Of a stretch of 64,000 nucleotides of DNA, positions 18,553-29,267 are shown piece by piece. The translations under genes were made by a program, and so were the position numbers. The notes below the pieces were generated by a model. It searched no databases and was not told the origin of the DNA. It was given only the letters and a program-made list of their open reading frames with translations. Each line of letters starts with the position of its first letter. The stretch's first letter is position 1. The stretch covers positions 608,001 through 672,000 of the forward strand of contig JBMNHS010000001.1 in NCBI GenBank assembly GCA_050950505.1, read 5' to 3'. Source of the DNA: Candidatus Methanomethylophilaceae archaeon (lineage in GTDB: Archaea; Thermoplasmatota; Thermoplasmata; Methanomassiliicoccales; Methanomethylophilaceae).

Positions 18553-19397
18553 TATATCACGCCGATGACAAAGGCAAGCAAAGCGAACAACATAGCGTAC
18601 TTTGTCGTTCTCTGAGCTTCATATGCACTTTTAAAAACAATAAACGCAGAATATATAAACATTGCATCTGCGACCAATATAATGCTGTAGAAGACATTCA
18701 TTGAACCATTCAATAACGGAAGTATGCTGAGACCGATTCCAATCAGGAATGCGGAACCTGCGACATAAGAGGCGTTCCGGTCTCCGATTTTCATCGGTAA
18801 CGTGGTTCTGCCCTCGTCGGATTCCCGGTCTTCTATGTCTTTGGCCAACTCTCTTCCCAAGTTTGCAAATATCGACATGGCGGCCATCGGGAGAACAGGA
18901 ATGATGTTTCCGCAGACGGCACCTCCGAGAAGGAATAACATTCCGGACAATACGGCAATCGTGATGTTTCCGATGAATCCTTTCTTTTTGAGGAAAATTT
19001 CATACGACAGCATCAGAACTGCCGCAACAATGACTATAACGGTGGAGATGTAGCTCCAGAATACGAATCCCATGTAATATGATGCAATGTGCGTCACTAT
19101 CCCGACAATCACGGCTAGTGCCATCAGGAACATACCGGAACACTATGCGGCTCTCGGGGTAATTTTCCCCTGCGGTATCGGTCTTTCTGGGTGTGCGTTG
19201 ATGTCTATGTCACGGTCCACGTAATCATTGAGGGCATTTCCGCCTGCCATGAACATGAATACGATGATACAGGAAATGGTGATACTTACCCAATAATCCA
19301 AAATATTCAGGCCGGAGGCTATGAAGGCACCTACTATGACGCCCACGATACCCATTACGTTATTTTCGAATCTGAACAATTTGAAATATCTGTTCAC
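18552..19397 (-). CDS. digeranylgeranylglyceryl phosphate synthase (UbiA family) with in-frame TAG at 19143-19145 (probable pyrrolysine)
   Basis: First ORF carries NDYVDRDID..HPERPIP and second carries ELAKDIEDRESD..TLP; same frame, separated by one TAG. Confidence 0.88.
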
Positions 19398-19431
19398 GAA
19401 CAGCGGATATCCTGGGTATTAAAATAGTTAA

Positions 19432-20424
19432 TTACTTCCTGAACACATGGTAATATCTGGTTAACGATCCATGCACCCTCTGGGGAAGCATTCTTTCCAG
19501 AGTCATACATTCGGTGGATACTTCTTTGGGAAATATGATTCCCGCCGCTCCCCCGGGGCGGAGTATTTTTGAAACGGATTTCAAAGTTCTGGCATACATT
19601 TCGGAAAGGTTTTCTCCGCCGGTTTTTGTGGAACGGCCGTAGGGAGGATCGGTAACGACGATATCCACATCCGGCCATTTTTCGGCAATGTCCCCGATAT
19701 CCAGAATCTGACTGTCATACAGTTTCAAACCGTAGAACTGCATATTTTCCTCGGTGCCCGCAATCATATGGGGATCAAAGTCGGAAACAATCACCCTCAT
19801 TCCCATTTCCGCGGCTTCAATGGCTATCCCCCCGGTTCCGCAGAACGGGTCCAAAACAGTGGATCCCCTCGCCGCCCCGGTCAGATTTATCAGGGCCCGG
19901 GCATATTTGGGATGCAACGAAATCGGTGAAAAGAACGGACGTTCACCAACCTTTCTTTTTTCGAAAAGATCCGTGACCGGTTTGTATTCTTCGATAAAAA
20001 AGTGAATTTTATCGCTCATGAACATTCTGACGACGATATCGGGTTCGTCCAAATCCACAGGGTTGCGCTTCGAGAAGACGTTCCCTACCTTTCTTATGAT
20101 TTTCTGGGAATCTACGGAACCCATCATCCCTCTGAATCTTTTGGCACGGATTGCAAAAGTTCCTTCGGGGAGTTCTTCAGGCCTGAAGAGATCAACGTCC
20201 TCCGGAGCAAAAGATCCGAGATATTTTCCTATGCCCCGGGTCAATGCCAGTCTGTCGGAAATAAATGATAAACTGTCGGAGGGAAGTCTCAGTATGACGT
20301 ATCCGGGTCCATGGGCGACCATTTCGGCGTTTCCCATTGTTTCCGCATACGCACAGCTTACGGCTTCCTCGCGGGGCATGTCCCCTGCTTCACCCGACAG
20401 TTCAAAGAAATAAATGGGGTTCAC
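19432..20424 (-). CDS. trmG10: tRNA (guanine-10-N2)-dimethyltransferase, THUMP + MTase
   Basis: ERPFFSPISLHP, LDPFCGTGG and TDPPYGRS motifs. Confidence 0.88.
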   Translation of the reverse strand: MNPIYFFELSGEAGDMPREEAVSCAYAETMGNAEMVAHGPGYVILRLPSDSLSFISDRLALTRGIGKYLGSFAPEDVDLFRPEELPEGTFAIRAKRFRGMMGSVDSQKIIRKVGNVFSKRNPVDLDEPDIVVRMFMSDKIHFFIEEYKPVTDLFEKRKVGERPFFSPISLHPKYARALINLTGAARGSTVLDPFCGTGGIAIEAAEMGMRVIVSDFDPHMIAGTEENMQFYGLKLYDSQILDIGDIAEKWPDVDIVVTDPPYGRSTKTGGENLSEMYARTLKSVSKILRPGGAAGIIFPKEVSTECMTLERMLPQRVHGSLTRYYHVFRK

Positions 20425-20440
20425 CGAACCCCGATTGGTT

Positions 20441-21382
20441 TCAGTCCTTAATACCGTCTTCGGTTACCATGAAGACCGCTTCCCCTTCGGGAAGGCTCGG
20501 CGAATCAACAAGTCTTGCGATTCTCTTTCCAGCTTTGCCCTTTCTGAGGTATATGCGGAAGGTGGCAGTGTGACCGACAATGTGCCCTCCGATGGGTCTT
20601 GTGGGGTCTCCGAAGAACGCATCCGGCTTTGCCGACACCTGATTGGTGACCGCAATGACGGCATTGTTCACGGTGGCGAAGTTCAGCAGTTCGTGCATGT
20701 GACGGTTAAGAATCTGCTGTCTCTCGGACAGGGTTCCTCTTCCGATGTATTCGGCTCTGAAATGCGATGTCAAAGAATCAACAATCAGGAGCTTTACCTT
20801 AAGTTCCTTCGCAAGTTCCATGGCTTTTCCCACGAGGAGCACCTGATGCTGGGAGTTGTATGCCCTGGCAACATGAATTCTCTTCAATGTCTCGTCGGGA
20901 TCCAATCCGAGATAGGTGGCCATCTGAATGATCCTCTCAGGTCTGAATGTGTTTTCCGTGTCGATTATGATGACGTCGGAGTCCAATCCCCCTCTTTCTT
21001 CGGGCATTGTGGCATTAACGGCGAGCTGGAAGCAAATCTGTGATTTGCTGCTGCCGAACTCTCCGTAAAATTCGACTATGGATTGGCTTTCCAATCCGCC
21101 GCCGAGCAGTTCGTTTATGGCCTGAGATCCGGTTGTGAGCTTTGTCACAAGCTTGCGTCTCTCAAGAATTTCGTCTCCGGTTTCAAACCCACCGAGATCG
21201 GCGCACATCTTTGCGCCTTCGATGATGTCTGCGGCTTTTTTATCGCCGAGCTCGCAGTCTTCTGCGAGTTGTTTTGCCGGGGCTACTGCAATGTCCATCA
21301 GAGTTGTGTATCCTGCTTCGCGGAGTTTTTCTGATATGGCTGGTCCGACTCCTGGTATGTCTTCTAATGATTTATTGTCCAT
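20441..21382 (-). CDS. radA: DNA repair and recombination protein RadA
   Basis: [24 protein letters not shown] and GGHIVGH motifs; Walker A reads GEFGSSKS. Confidence 0.97.
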   Translation of the reverse strand: MDNKSLEDIPGVGPAISEKLREAGYTTLMDIAVAPAKQLAEDCELGDKKAADIIEGAKMCADLGGFETGDEILERRKLVTKLTTGSQAINELLGGGLESQSIVEFYGEFGSSKSQICFQLAVNATMPEERGGLDSDVIIIDTENTFRPERIIQMATYLGLDPDETLKRIHVARAYNSQHQVLLVGKAMELAKELKVKLLIVDSLTSHFRAEYIGRGTLSERQQILNRHMHELLNFATVNNAVIAVTNQVSAKPDAFFGDPTRPIGGHIVGHTATFRIYLRKGKAGKRIARLVDSPSLPEGEAVFMVTEDGIKD

Positions 21383-21508
21383 TGTTAACCTCCAAACCGT
21401 AACAGAGCATCATCTGTATTTAACCGAAAGTATGGGAGGTCGCCGAAAATGCCGAAAGTGTTCCTGCTGCATAAACGTTTATATGTAAGCTCTAGGATAA
21501 GTAGCCAA

Positions 21509-21874
21509 ATGGCCAAGAAAAAAAGAAGAATAAAAGAGGAGCCGAAAGAATCCTATGAGTTCACTCCCACAGAGTTCGATGAGCGGGAGTTCATACTCAA
21601 AGAACTTTTTGAGACCAAAGTGTTCTTTGTTGTGATTTTGTTCTCTTTGTTGGCCGGAGTGCAATGGGCGATTTTTTACCGCCTCGGCAACTATCTCTGG
21701 ATAATCGGTTTTTTGGTCTGTATTCTTCTTATCGTCAAAATGAAAGACATTCTCCGTTTGTTGGGCATAAGAATGGAAATGATGGCAGGCAAATCCATGG
21801 CAGGCAATTACATAATGTTCATGTTGCTGGCTACCGGATTGGCCATTCTTCTGATCAACGCCCCCTTCTACTGA
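21509..21874 (+). CDS. hypothetical membrane protein (about 3 TM)
   Basis: Basic N-terminus, EFDEREF, hydrophobic helices; TATA about 31 nt upstream. Confidence 0.7.
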   Translation: MAKKKRRIKEEPKESYEFTPTEFDEREFILKELFETKVFFVVILFSLLAGVQWAIFYRLGNYLWIIGFLVCILLIVKMKDILRLLGIRMEMMAGKSMAGNYIMFMLLATGLAILLINAPFY

Positions 21875-21876
21875 AA

Positions 21877-23229
21877 TCAGATTTCCCAGCTTAACCTGGG
21901 GTCCAAAAGTTCAGTGAGGAGTTCGGGAGAAACATCCCTCAGCGTTTCTTCGTGATTCAGAACCTTCATCGAAACGGGATCGAGTTCTCTTCCAATTCCG
22001 GAAATCGCGGCCTCTTCGCATATCATATCCTTTGCGCAAATGTACGGTCTGTCGGCGATTATGTTCCATTTTCCGTCTTCGATGAAAGGTTTGCCGTTTT
22101 CGTTGTCTTTCCATCTTTCAAGGAAACGTTCCGAATGTTTTACCCACACCGGCGGTCCGGTGTGCTTGAAGGTTTTGGACAAAATATCCTGTTCCAATTC
22201 AAATACGATTCTGAGTTCGGAACCCGCTTCGTGCACCGCTCTGAGAACCCCAAATCCGAAATCGTTGAGTCTTTTTGCCAATGCATACTGGGTTCTCCAC
22301 AGTTGAGCCGATATGTTTTCCTCAATGACGTCGGGGCGTTCAAAAATAACCGTAAGCAACCCGGTTCCGTCGAGATTCGTTTTACGCTCCAGTTCTTCCG
22401 ACGGCAGCGGGGTTCTGGGGACCGGGAAGAAAAATCTCTCCGAAGGTTCTTCCAAGTATGCTTTGGATGCGACGATGAACCTGGAAAGAGTATCCAAGTG
22501 AACCGCGGATGCGGCGTTCCTTCTCGGATCCACGGGGTCGTACACGGTTAAAGGCGCACCGGTGCCAGGTCCCCTTCCTTCGATTTCAACCACGGTGCCT
22601 TCTTTCCAATCCGAAACGGCTTCGATCGCTTTACCGAACCCGCCGTATTTTATAATCATCAATTCACAGAGATACCCGGAAAAACCGCGTACATCGGGTT
22701 CGGCCCCGTAAACGGATATGCCTTTCATGAATTTCTTCAGCAAACGGATGTGGGTCCGGTCCTCAGGCCCGAGACGTGACAGCACGTATTCCGTGTGAAG
22801 CGGAGTCCGATCAACGGAAGTTTTCAGTTTTTTCGCGTCTTCCAGAATATAACAGGGGACCATATCTACTTCGTGACCTTCGAAGAAACCCCTGGTGTAC
22901 GGGTGTTCGGCGTACAGCCTCTCCCCGTCCAGAATCTTCTCGCCGACAAGAAGTCCTTCCTGCTCGAGCTGTTTTCTCGGAATATCGGGGGAAAACATCA
23001 GAAACAAATCCAAATCCGGGTCGGACAGGTATGTGCCTTTGGCATAAGAACCGACGAATCTGATTTCGGAAACGGAGAGATTTTCCTTGTCGACGAATTC
23101 CTTTGTGCAGGCTTCCAGTCTTTTTGCGGATGCCTCCAAAGCCTTTATCTCCCGTTCATCGGGAGTAATTTTTTCGATGATTTCGGATTCAAGTTCCGAA
23201 AACCCTCTGCCGTCAGTCGTGTCCCCCAT
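21877..23229 (-). CDS. cca: archaeal CCA-adding enzyme
   Basis: GSYAKGTYL..DLD, YAEHPY, DRTPLHT, GFSGYLCEL and DPVDPRRN motifs. Confidence 0.96.
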   Translation of the reverse strand: MGDTTDGRGFSELESEIIEKITPDEREIKALEASAKRLEACTKEFVDKENLSVSEIRFVGSYAKGTYLSDPDLDLFLMFSPDIPRKQLEQEGLLVGEKILDGERLYAEHPYTRGFFEGHEVDMVPCYILEDAKKLKTSVDRTPLHTEYVLSRLGPEDRTHIRLLKKFMKGISVYGAEPDVRGFSGYLCELMIIKYGGFGKAIEAVSDWKEGTVVEIEGRGPGTGAPLTVYDPVDPRRNAASAVHLDTLSRFIVASKAYLEEPSERFFFPVPRTPLPSEELERKTNLDGTGLLTVIFERPDVIEENISAQLWRTQYALAKRLNDFGFGVLRAVHEAGSELRIVFELEQDILSKTFKHTGPPVWVKHSERFLERWKDNENGKPFIEDGKWNIIADRPYICAKDMICEEAAISGIGRELDPVSMKVLNHEETLRDVSPELLTELLDPRLSWEI

Positions 23230-23294
23230 CAGATTGCACCGATACGAAGGTATTGACTCTCTATGTTAAATATAGGCGTCTCCAATTGTCAGAC

Positions 23295-24731
23295 ATGCGC
23301 TGTCCGGTATGCAATTATCCTATAACAGAAGGTTTCAATTTCTGTGTCCGTTGCGGTGCAAAACTTGATCAGGTTCAACCGAACGGTTCCGAGCATACCG
23401 ATAAAACACAGTTTCAAGGATCGGCCCCGGATCAGATTTATCCTCCGCATTCCGGTTACATTCCGACGGAATATTCAGGGCAACCGCACCCTTATCCGGA
23501 ACCGCAGAAAAAAGACGGGAAGGCTCTGAAGGCAATCGTCATTGCCATGATTCTGTTGGCAGTGTCCGTTTCGGGCATATTTTACATAATGCCGTTCAAC
23601 TGCGGTTCATTCGAACCCGACGAGTACGTCATCTACGGAAGCGGCGCTGTGTACTCCGGAGTAATCAAAGTCGAATCGGACCCCGAGGATTTGGATCCCT
23701 ATGACGGAGAAGCATCGGTCATTCTGACTTCATGTCCGGATTCCGTGAGCGGTTATCAATGGAAGGTCACTCCCGTTGATTACCTGAGATACGGGAACGG
23801 CAGCAGTGTGTCCCCGTCAATAATATCCACATCGTCCAGCGGCAAAACCCTGAGTTGTGCGCTGGAACCCGGTCTTTACAAAGTGGATCTCAAAGTCAAC
23901 GGACGAACCCATACGGGTACCTTCGCCCTTGAAGGGGAAGTGTCCAGGGAATATTCCTGGGACTATTATCAAATCGTTGACGGCGTCGGGAACACGTATA
24001 AACCATCCATAAAGCATGAATTTCAAACCGAATTCAGTTTTCTTTACGGAGAATGCGTGACTTCACTTGATTATGACGGGCGGAGGGGATACATTCTGTT
24101 CAAGGATGCGGAAGAGATAATGAACGTCTTCGTTTCCGACAGCAAAACCATAACCGTCAGATTGGAATCGATGCTGAGGGAGGCCTTCGACGATAAGGGA
24201 ATACCTTATGATTTCAAAGATTCCGAAGGGTTCCATTACGCGTCTTATCTATTGGCGTTTGTGCAGCAGGCCATAAAGTACGAATCCGATTCGAACTTGT
24301 ACTGGACGGAAGAATACTGGGCCTTTCCCGCCGAGACGATAATGCGCGGCCAGGGAGACTGTGAGGATACATCGTTCCTGTGCGCGGCATTGTTCAAGGC
24401 GGCGGGATTCGACACTGTCACAGGATTGCTTCCCGGCCATGCGATGGCAGGAATAAGCCTGTCGGGAGGGGTTGTGGAAGACAGAACCAATTCTTACACT
24501 GAGGTCTTGCCCAACAATTACCTCATTTACGAAGATATCGGCGGAAAAAGATTCTACGCCTGCGAAACCACATATTCCTCGCAGTTCGTCATCGGATACA
24601 CCAACATCACCCACACGGAAGTCGGCGAGGGCGGAGAAACCAAGGAAGGCGGGCTCAACAAATGGCTTCCGGGAAACGAATACGCATCTGAGACCAAGAC
24701 ATACGGATTCTACGAAGTGGCCGCTTTTTAA
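23295..24731 (+). CDS. Zn-ribbon + TM + extracellular transglutaminase-like (papain fold) protein
   Basis: CPVC..FCVRCG; single TM; GDCED...GHAM...CETT putative triad. Confidence 0.75.
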   Translation: MRCPVCNYPITEGFNFCVRCGAKLDQVQPNGSEHTDKTQFQGSAPDQIYPPHSGYIPTEYSGQPHPYPEPQKKDGKALKAIVIAMILLAVSVSGIFYIMPFNCGSFEPDEYVIYGSGAVYSGVIKVESDPEDLDPYDGEASVILTSCPDSVSGYQWKVTPVDYLRYGNGSSVSPSIISTSSSGKTLSCALEPGLYKVDLKVNGRTHTGTFALEGEVSREYSWDYYQIVDGVGNTYKPSIKHEFQTEFSFLYGECVTSLDYDGRRGYILFKDAEEIMNVFVSDSKTITVRLESMLREAFDDKGIPYDFKDSEGFHYASYLLAFVQQAIKYESDSNLYWTEEYWAFPAETIMRGQGDCEDTSFLCAALFKAAGFDTVTGLLPGHAMAGISLSGGVVEDRTNSYTEVLPNNYLIYEDIGGKRFYACETTYSSQFVIGYTNITHTEVGEGGETKEGGLNKWLPGNEYASETKTYGFYEVAAF

Positions 24732-25561
24732 GGGGAGGTATCGGGAATCCACCCTTGGCCGTGGGACTCCAAATCCGAAAATATTATTTCTTCGCCGACA
24801 TCAACGGCCATCCGGTCCCTTCCGGCAACGGTTTTGATACCGGTGGCTTTCTCTGCGATCCCTGCCTGTTTTTCGGGGCCGTAACGTATCATCACGACTC
24901 CCAAATGAATGAAAATAACAACTTCCGGTCTGACGATATTGATGAAATCAACGGAATCCTCGGTGCACATATGACCTTTGATTCTCATGTCTTCGGGAAC
25001 GGTTATGGGCAGCATCAACACTCTTGAGCCGATGTACTGTTTCGCAATTTCTTCGGTATAGTCCGTATCACTGACGTAAGAAACGATTCCTCCGTCCGTA
25101 TGAAATTTCAGTCCCACGTTGGTGGGGTCTCCGTGACTCGATTTGCAAACTTCCGTTTCCATTCCTCCGATGACCAATCGGTCACCGGGCACTATCACGT
25201 TGCACTCTTCGGCTATGTTTTGGTGATAACGGGATATACAGGGCCCCAGTCCGTCCAGTCCCTTTATCGCGGTGACGCTGCCGTAAATACGGCCTCTTTT
25301 CCGCCACCCTCCGAAGGAACAGCCTTCGATGACGGATTCCGCATCGGCATAATGGTCGGGATGGGCGTGGGAAACCACCACGGACCCCGTCCGGGTAAGG
25401 TCATAACGTATGTTCTGCATCTGGGTAAGGGCGCCCGGCCCGGGGTCCACATGAACGACCTCGTCATTGTTCATGAGAAGAAATCCGCCGGTGCTGCGGG
25501 TTTGATACATCGTTGTATGCCGACCGCCTCCGGTCCCGAGAAATATAATGCGTGCCGACAT
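24728..25561 (-). CDS. metallo-beta-lactamase fold hydrolase
   Basis: FLGTGGGR, VDPGPG, SHAHPDH and SDT motifs. Confidence 0.85.
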   Translation of the reverse strand: MSARIIFLGTGGGRHTTMYQTRSTGGFLLMNNDEVVHVDPGPGALTQMQNIRYDLTRTGSVVVSHAHPDHYADAESVIEGCSFGGWRKRGRIYGSVTAIKGLDGLGPCISRYHQNIAEECNVIVPGDRLVIGGMETEVCKSSHGDPTNVGLKFHTDGGIVSYVSDTDYTEEIAKQYIGSRVLMLPITVPEDMRIKGHMCTEDSVDFINIVRPEVVIFIHLGVVMIRYGPEKQAGIAEKATGIKTVAGRDRMAVDVGEEIIFSDLESHGQGWIPDTSP

Positions 25562-25641
25562 GGTATAATACAACACATTGATGATATATGCGTTTTTTGA
25601 AATTCGGAAATGTTATACGCAGTCAAAAGATTACAGCGGGC

Positions 25642-26931
25642 ATGATAACGGTATTCCGCGGCGGATGGATTGTAACCCAAAATCCGACCCGAGAAGTTTT
25701 GAAAGGCGACGTTGCCGTCGACGGTGAGAAAATAATCTACGTTGGACCGAACTACAAAGATTCCGCGGAAAGGGAAATCGATGTTTCGGGAGACATCGTG
25801 ATGCCCGGAATGATCAATACCCACACCCACGTGGCAATGTCGGTCATGAAAGGTTCTTTGGACGATCTGCTTTTTCCTGATTTCCTTGAAGCGAGTTTCA
25901 AAGTGGATGCCGACCGAACCGATTATGATTTGGAGACGGGCACGAAACTCGGTTGCATGGAAATGATCCGCGGAGGCACCACAACCTTCATGGATCTCTA
26001 TTATTCCGAGGATGTGATTGCAAAAGCGACCAAAGAAGCGGGAATCCGGGGGGTTCTGTGCTGGTGCGTTCTCGATGAAGACAAAACCACTCAAACCGGC
26101 AATCCGTTGAAAAATTGCATAAAATTCCACGAAACTCACAGGAATGAAAGAAAAATCGTTCCCGGGGTGGGATTGCAGGGAGTATACGCCTGCAACGAAG
26201 AAACCTGTATCGGAGCCAAAGAATATTCCGACAAAGAAAATCTTCCGATGAACTTCCATCTCTCCGAAACAAGGGGGGAAGTGAACCAGCACCGCAGATC
26301 CACCGGCAAAAGGCCCGGCGAATGGATGGCCGATTTGGATATATTCGGCCCCCGGGGAGTCGCCGCGCACTCCGCTTACCTGACCCTCAACGAAGTCAGA
26401 TTGATGGGTAAAGCGGGAATGTCGATTTCCACATGTCCCGTTTCCAATATGAAATTGGCAACCGGGGGAGTGGCACCCGTGCCGGAATTCATATCCGCCG
26501 GAGTGAACGTATCCATAGGAACCGACGGAAATACCACGAACAATTCCCTGGACATGTTCTCGGAAATGAAAATTCTGGGTCTTCTTCAGAAAGCCAGCAG
26601 GTGGGACGCAACCGTCGCCAAAGCCCAGGAACTCTTGGATTTCGCAACCGTAAACGGAGCAAAAGCCGTCGGCATGGAAGACAGAATCGGTTCTGTAGAA
26701 GTCGGAAAGTACGCAGACATCATCGTTCTTGACGGAAAGGATCCGAACCTCAGGCCTCTTCTTCCGGAGAACATCATCGGCAACATTGCATATTCGTCTT
26801 CAAGCCTCAACGTAAAGCATACAATGTGCCAAGGCGATATGGTGATGGAAAACCGCGAAATACTCACAATGGACACCGACAAAGTATTGTCCGGGTCGGA
26901 GGACGTGTGGAGGCAGCTCTGTTTAAGATGA
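25642..26931 (+). CDS. mtaD: MTA/SAH/5'-deoxyadenosine deaminase family amidohydrolase
   Basis: NTHTH, HLSET, CPVSNMKLA and GTDG...NNSLDM motifs. Confidence 0.85.
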   Translation: MITVFRGGWIVTQNPTREVLKGDVAVDGEKIIYVGPNYKDSAEREIDVSGDIVMPGMINTHTHVAMSVMKGSLDDLLFPDFLEASFKVDADRTDYDLETGTKLGCMEMIRGGTTTFMDLYYSEDVIAKATKEAGIRGVLCWCVLDEDKTTQTGNPLKNCIKFHETHRNERKIVPGVGLQGVYACNEETCIGAKEYSDKENLPMNFHLSETRGEVNQHRRSTGKRPGEWMADLDIFGPRGVAAHSAYLTLNEVRLMGKAGMSISTCPVSNMKLATGGVAPVPEFISAGVNVSIGTDGNTTNNSLDMFSEMKILGLLQKASRWDATVAKAQELLDFATVNGAKAVGMEDRIGSVEVGKYADIIVLDGKDPNLRPLLPENIIGNIAYSSSSLNVKHTMCQGDMVMENREILTMDTDKVLSGSEDVWRQLCLR

Positions 26932-27836
26932 ACGGCAGAATAAGTTTTGAAAAACCCGACATAGAGAGACTGAGGTCGGAAGGCCTCACCTGTGTGGATA
27001 TGCACTTTCATACTTGTTATTCGGACAGTTACACCAGGCCGGAGGACGCCGTCAAACTTGCCGAAACGCTGAATATGGGGGTTGCGATAACCGATCACAA
27101 CCAAGTGGGCGGCGTCATCGACGCAATGGAATCCGGCACCGATGTGCCGATAGTGCCGGGAATCGAACTCAGCGCTTCCGACGGACCTCATATCCTGGCC
27201 TATTTCTATGATTGGAAGGATCTGAAATCATTCTGGGACCTGAACATAAAAGACAACATCCGATGGTGCCAATGGATAGCTCTCAAAAATATGCCCACCC
27301 CAAAAATGCTGGATCTTCTTGAAAAGGAGAACTGTGTGATATCCGCCGCCCATCCCATGGGGTATTTGGGGTCAAACAAAGGTCTGGAAGTGTGTATCCG
27401 CAAAAACTACATACATAAGAGCGAAGCGAAAAGATTTGACGCTTTTGAAGTTATCAGCGGAGGTCTGTTCAGGGACGGAAACGTCAGAGCTTCAGAAATC
27501 GCCGAAAAATACAATTTCGGGATAACCGGTGGAACCGACGGACATCTGCTCACGGAACTGGGGGATGTCGTCACGGTGTCCGAAGCGGACGATATCGACG
27601 CCTTCCTTGACAACATAGTAAAAAGGCGCAACAGGGTCATCGGCAAGGAGAAGAATCTTCTTACCAAGGCCTTCATGGGTCTGGCATCCCTGACCGAATT
27701 CTGCAGGCATACCCCTTCCGTGGGATTTGTGCAGTTGGACCAAACCATAATGAATGCCAGACGGAAAATCAATCCGCCTGTGAAAAACTCTTCAGAGCTG
27801 GCTGGCGGTGAGTCTGCAGAAAGAGACCTTGAATGA
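26928..27836 (+). CDS. PHP domain metallophosphoesterase
   Basis: DMHFHT, ITDHN, PGIE, AHP and GGTDGH motifs. Confidence 0.82.
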   Translation: MNGRISFEKPDIERLRSEGLTCVDMHFHTCYSDSYTRPEDAVKLAETLNMGVAITDHNQVGGVIDAMESGTDVPIVPGIELSASDGPHILAYFYDWKDLKSFWDLNIKDNIRWCQWIALKNMPTPKMLDLLEKENCVISAAHPMGYLGSNKGLEVCIRKNYIHKSEAKRFDAFEVISGGLFRDGNVRASEIAEKYNFGITGGTDGHLLTELGDVVTVSEADDIDAFLDNIVKRRNRVIGKEKNLLTKAFMGLASLTEFCRHTPSVGFVQLDQTIMNARRKINPPVKNSSELAGGESAERDLE

Positions 27837-29267
27837 GTCCCTGAAACCCATATTTTCGTATTTCTCCATGCTGTATTCCTCGCAGTCTTCCAAATCTTTC
27901 AGGAACACTTCCATCAGTTCGTTTCCGACTTCGTGGGAATAAATCATGGCATTGGTTTCAAAATTCAGTTTCATGCTTCTTTCGTCCAGATTCGCAGAAC
28001 CGACGGAGCAATAGTAGGAATCGGCGACTATCGTTTTTGCATGCACGAAACCGTTTTTGTAATGATATATTCTGATGCCAGAATCCATAAGTCTGCTGGC
28101 ATAATACAGGTTGGCCCAATATACGAAGGGATGATCCGGCTTGTCGGGAATCATGATTCGGACGTCAACACCGGACACCGAAGCCAATTTCAGAACTGCC
28201 AGGGAAGCTTCGTCCGGAACAAGATACGGAGTCTGTATGTACAGCGTCTCCCTGCACCGGGTGAACAGCATCATGTACTGAGCGTGAACGGGGCTCTGTT
28301 CCAATACGTCGGGCCCCCCGGATATGATCTGAACCACTTTGTCGCCGTAACCCCTGATTCCTTTGTAGAACTTTTCCTCGGCGGTCAGATCCTCCCTTGT
28401 CGCGTACCTCCAATCCGTCAGGAATCTGACCTGAAGACCTTCCACGGCGCTTCCTATGATTCTTACGCTGGCATCTCTCCAGTGGCCCAGAGGACCAAGT
28501 CCCTGGTATTCGTTTCCTATGTTGTGGCCGCCGGTCCATCCGATTTTGCCGTCGACCGTCATTATTTTACGGTGATTTCTGTTGTTTTTACGGGGAGAAA
28601 GCAGACAAGTGGCACGGCTGTGGAACAGAGTGAAGTAACCTCCCGCTTCAACAAATCTGTTGACCGCTTTTTTTGGTCCTTTCCCAAAACCCAAGGCATC
28701 GCACATGAATCGGACTTCCACCCCCTCTTTCACTTTCTGGGTCATCAGATCTACAAGGGATTCCCCGATTTCATCATCCCGTATGATGTAAAATTCAAAG
28801 TTGATTGTTTCTTTCGCGTTCCGGATGTCTTCGAACAGAGCCTCGAAATATTCCCGCCCGTCTGTGAAAACTTTGATGTCGTTGTCATCGGTGTAACTGT
28901 GGCACATATTCCGCATGGTATGGGCGAATTCACTGCTCCCGGGTTTTTCTCTTTCAAGTTCCGCAGTGCTTTTTCTGAGGGTCATTTCCTGTTCTTTCAG
29001 AATATTTCTCAGTCTCATGTCGTCCTGGGCTTTGGTTCTGAAAGCATACTTGGAATAGAATGTCTGGCCGAAGAACAGATACAGAATGAAACCTGCGGGA
29101 GGGAACACCAGCATCACCAACAGCCAAAGCAATGTGCTCTGGGGGTTCGAGCGTTCCCAGAAAATCATCGCGAACACCAAAAGGAGATTTATGGGAACGA
29201 GGAACAACATGATGTCCCCTGTGAACGTTCCCGTGATGAAATCCCCAGGAACGCTCAGTGAGACCAT
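27792..29267 (-). CDS. cls: cardiolipin synthase (PLD family, ClsA-like)
   Basis: Two HKD motifs, NHRKIMTVDG and HAKTIVAD; N-terminal TMs; GSANLD.RS..LNFE. Confidence 0.92.
   Translation of the reverse strand: MVSLSVPGDFITGTFTGDIMLFLVPINLLLVFAMIFWERSNPQSTLLWLLVMLVFPPAGFILYLFFGQTFYSKYAFRTKAQDDMRLRNILKEQEMTLRKSTAELEREKPGSSEFAHTMRNMCHSYTDDNDIKVFTDGREYFEALFEDIRNAKETINFEFYIIRDDEIGESLVDLMTQKVKEGVEVRFMCDALGFGKGPKKAVNRFVEAGGYFTLFHSRATCLLSPRKNNRNHRKIMTVDGKIGWTGGHNIGNEYQGLGPLGHWRDASVRIIGSAVEGLQVRFLTDWRYATREDLTAEEKFYKGIRGYGDKVVQIISGGPDVLEQSPVHAQYMMLFTRCRETLYIQTPYLVPDEASLAVLKLASVSGVDVRIMIPDKPDHPFVYWANLYYASRLMDSGIRIYHYKNGFVHAKTIVADSYYCSVGSANLDERSMKLNFETNAMIYSHEVGNELMEVFLKDLEDCEEYSMEKYENMGFRDSFKVSFCRLTASQL

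Noticed and set aside
19143-19145. DGGGPS as a pseudogene
   Set aside because: Single in-frame TAG, both halves intact, essential function and a Pyl-using lineage; read-through is more parsimonious
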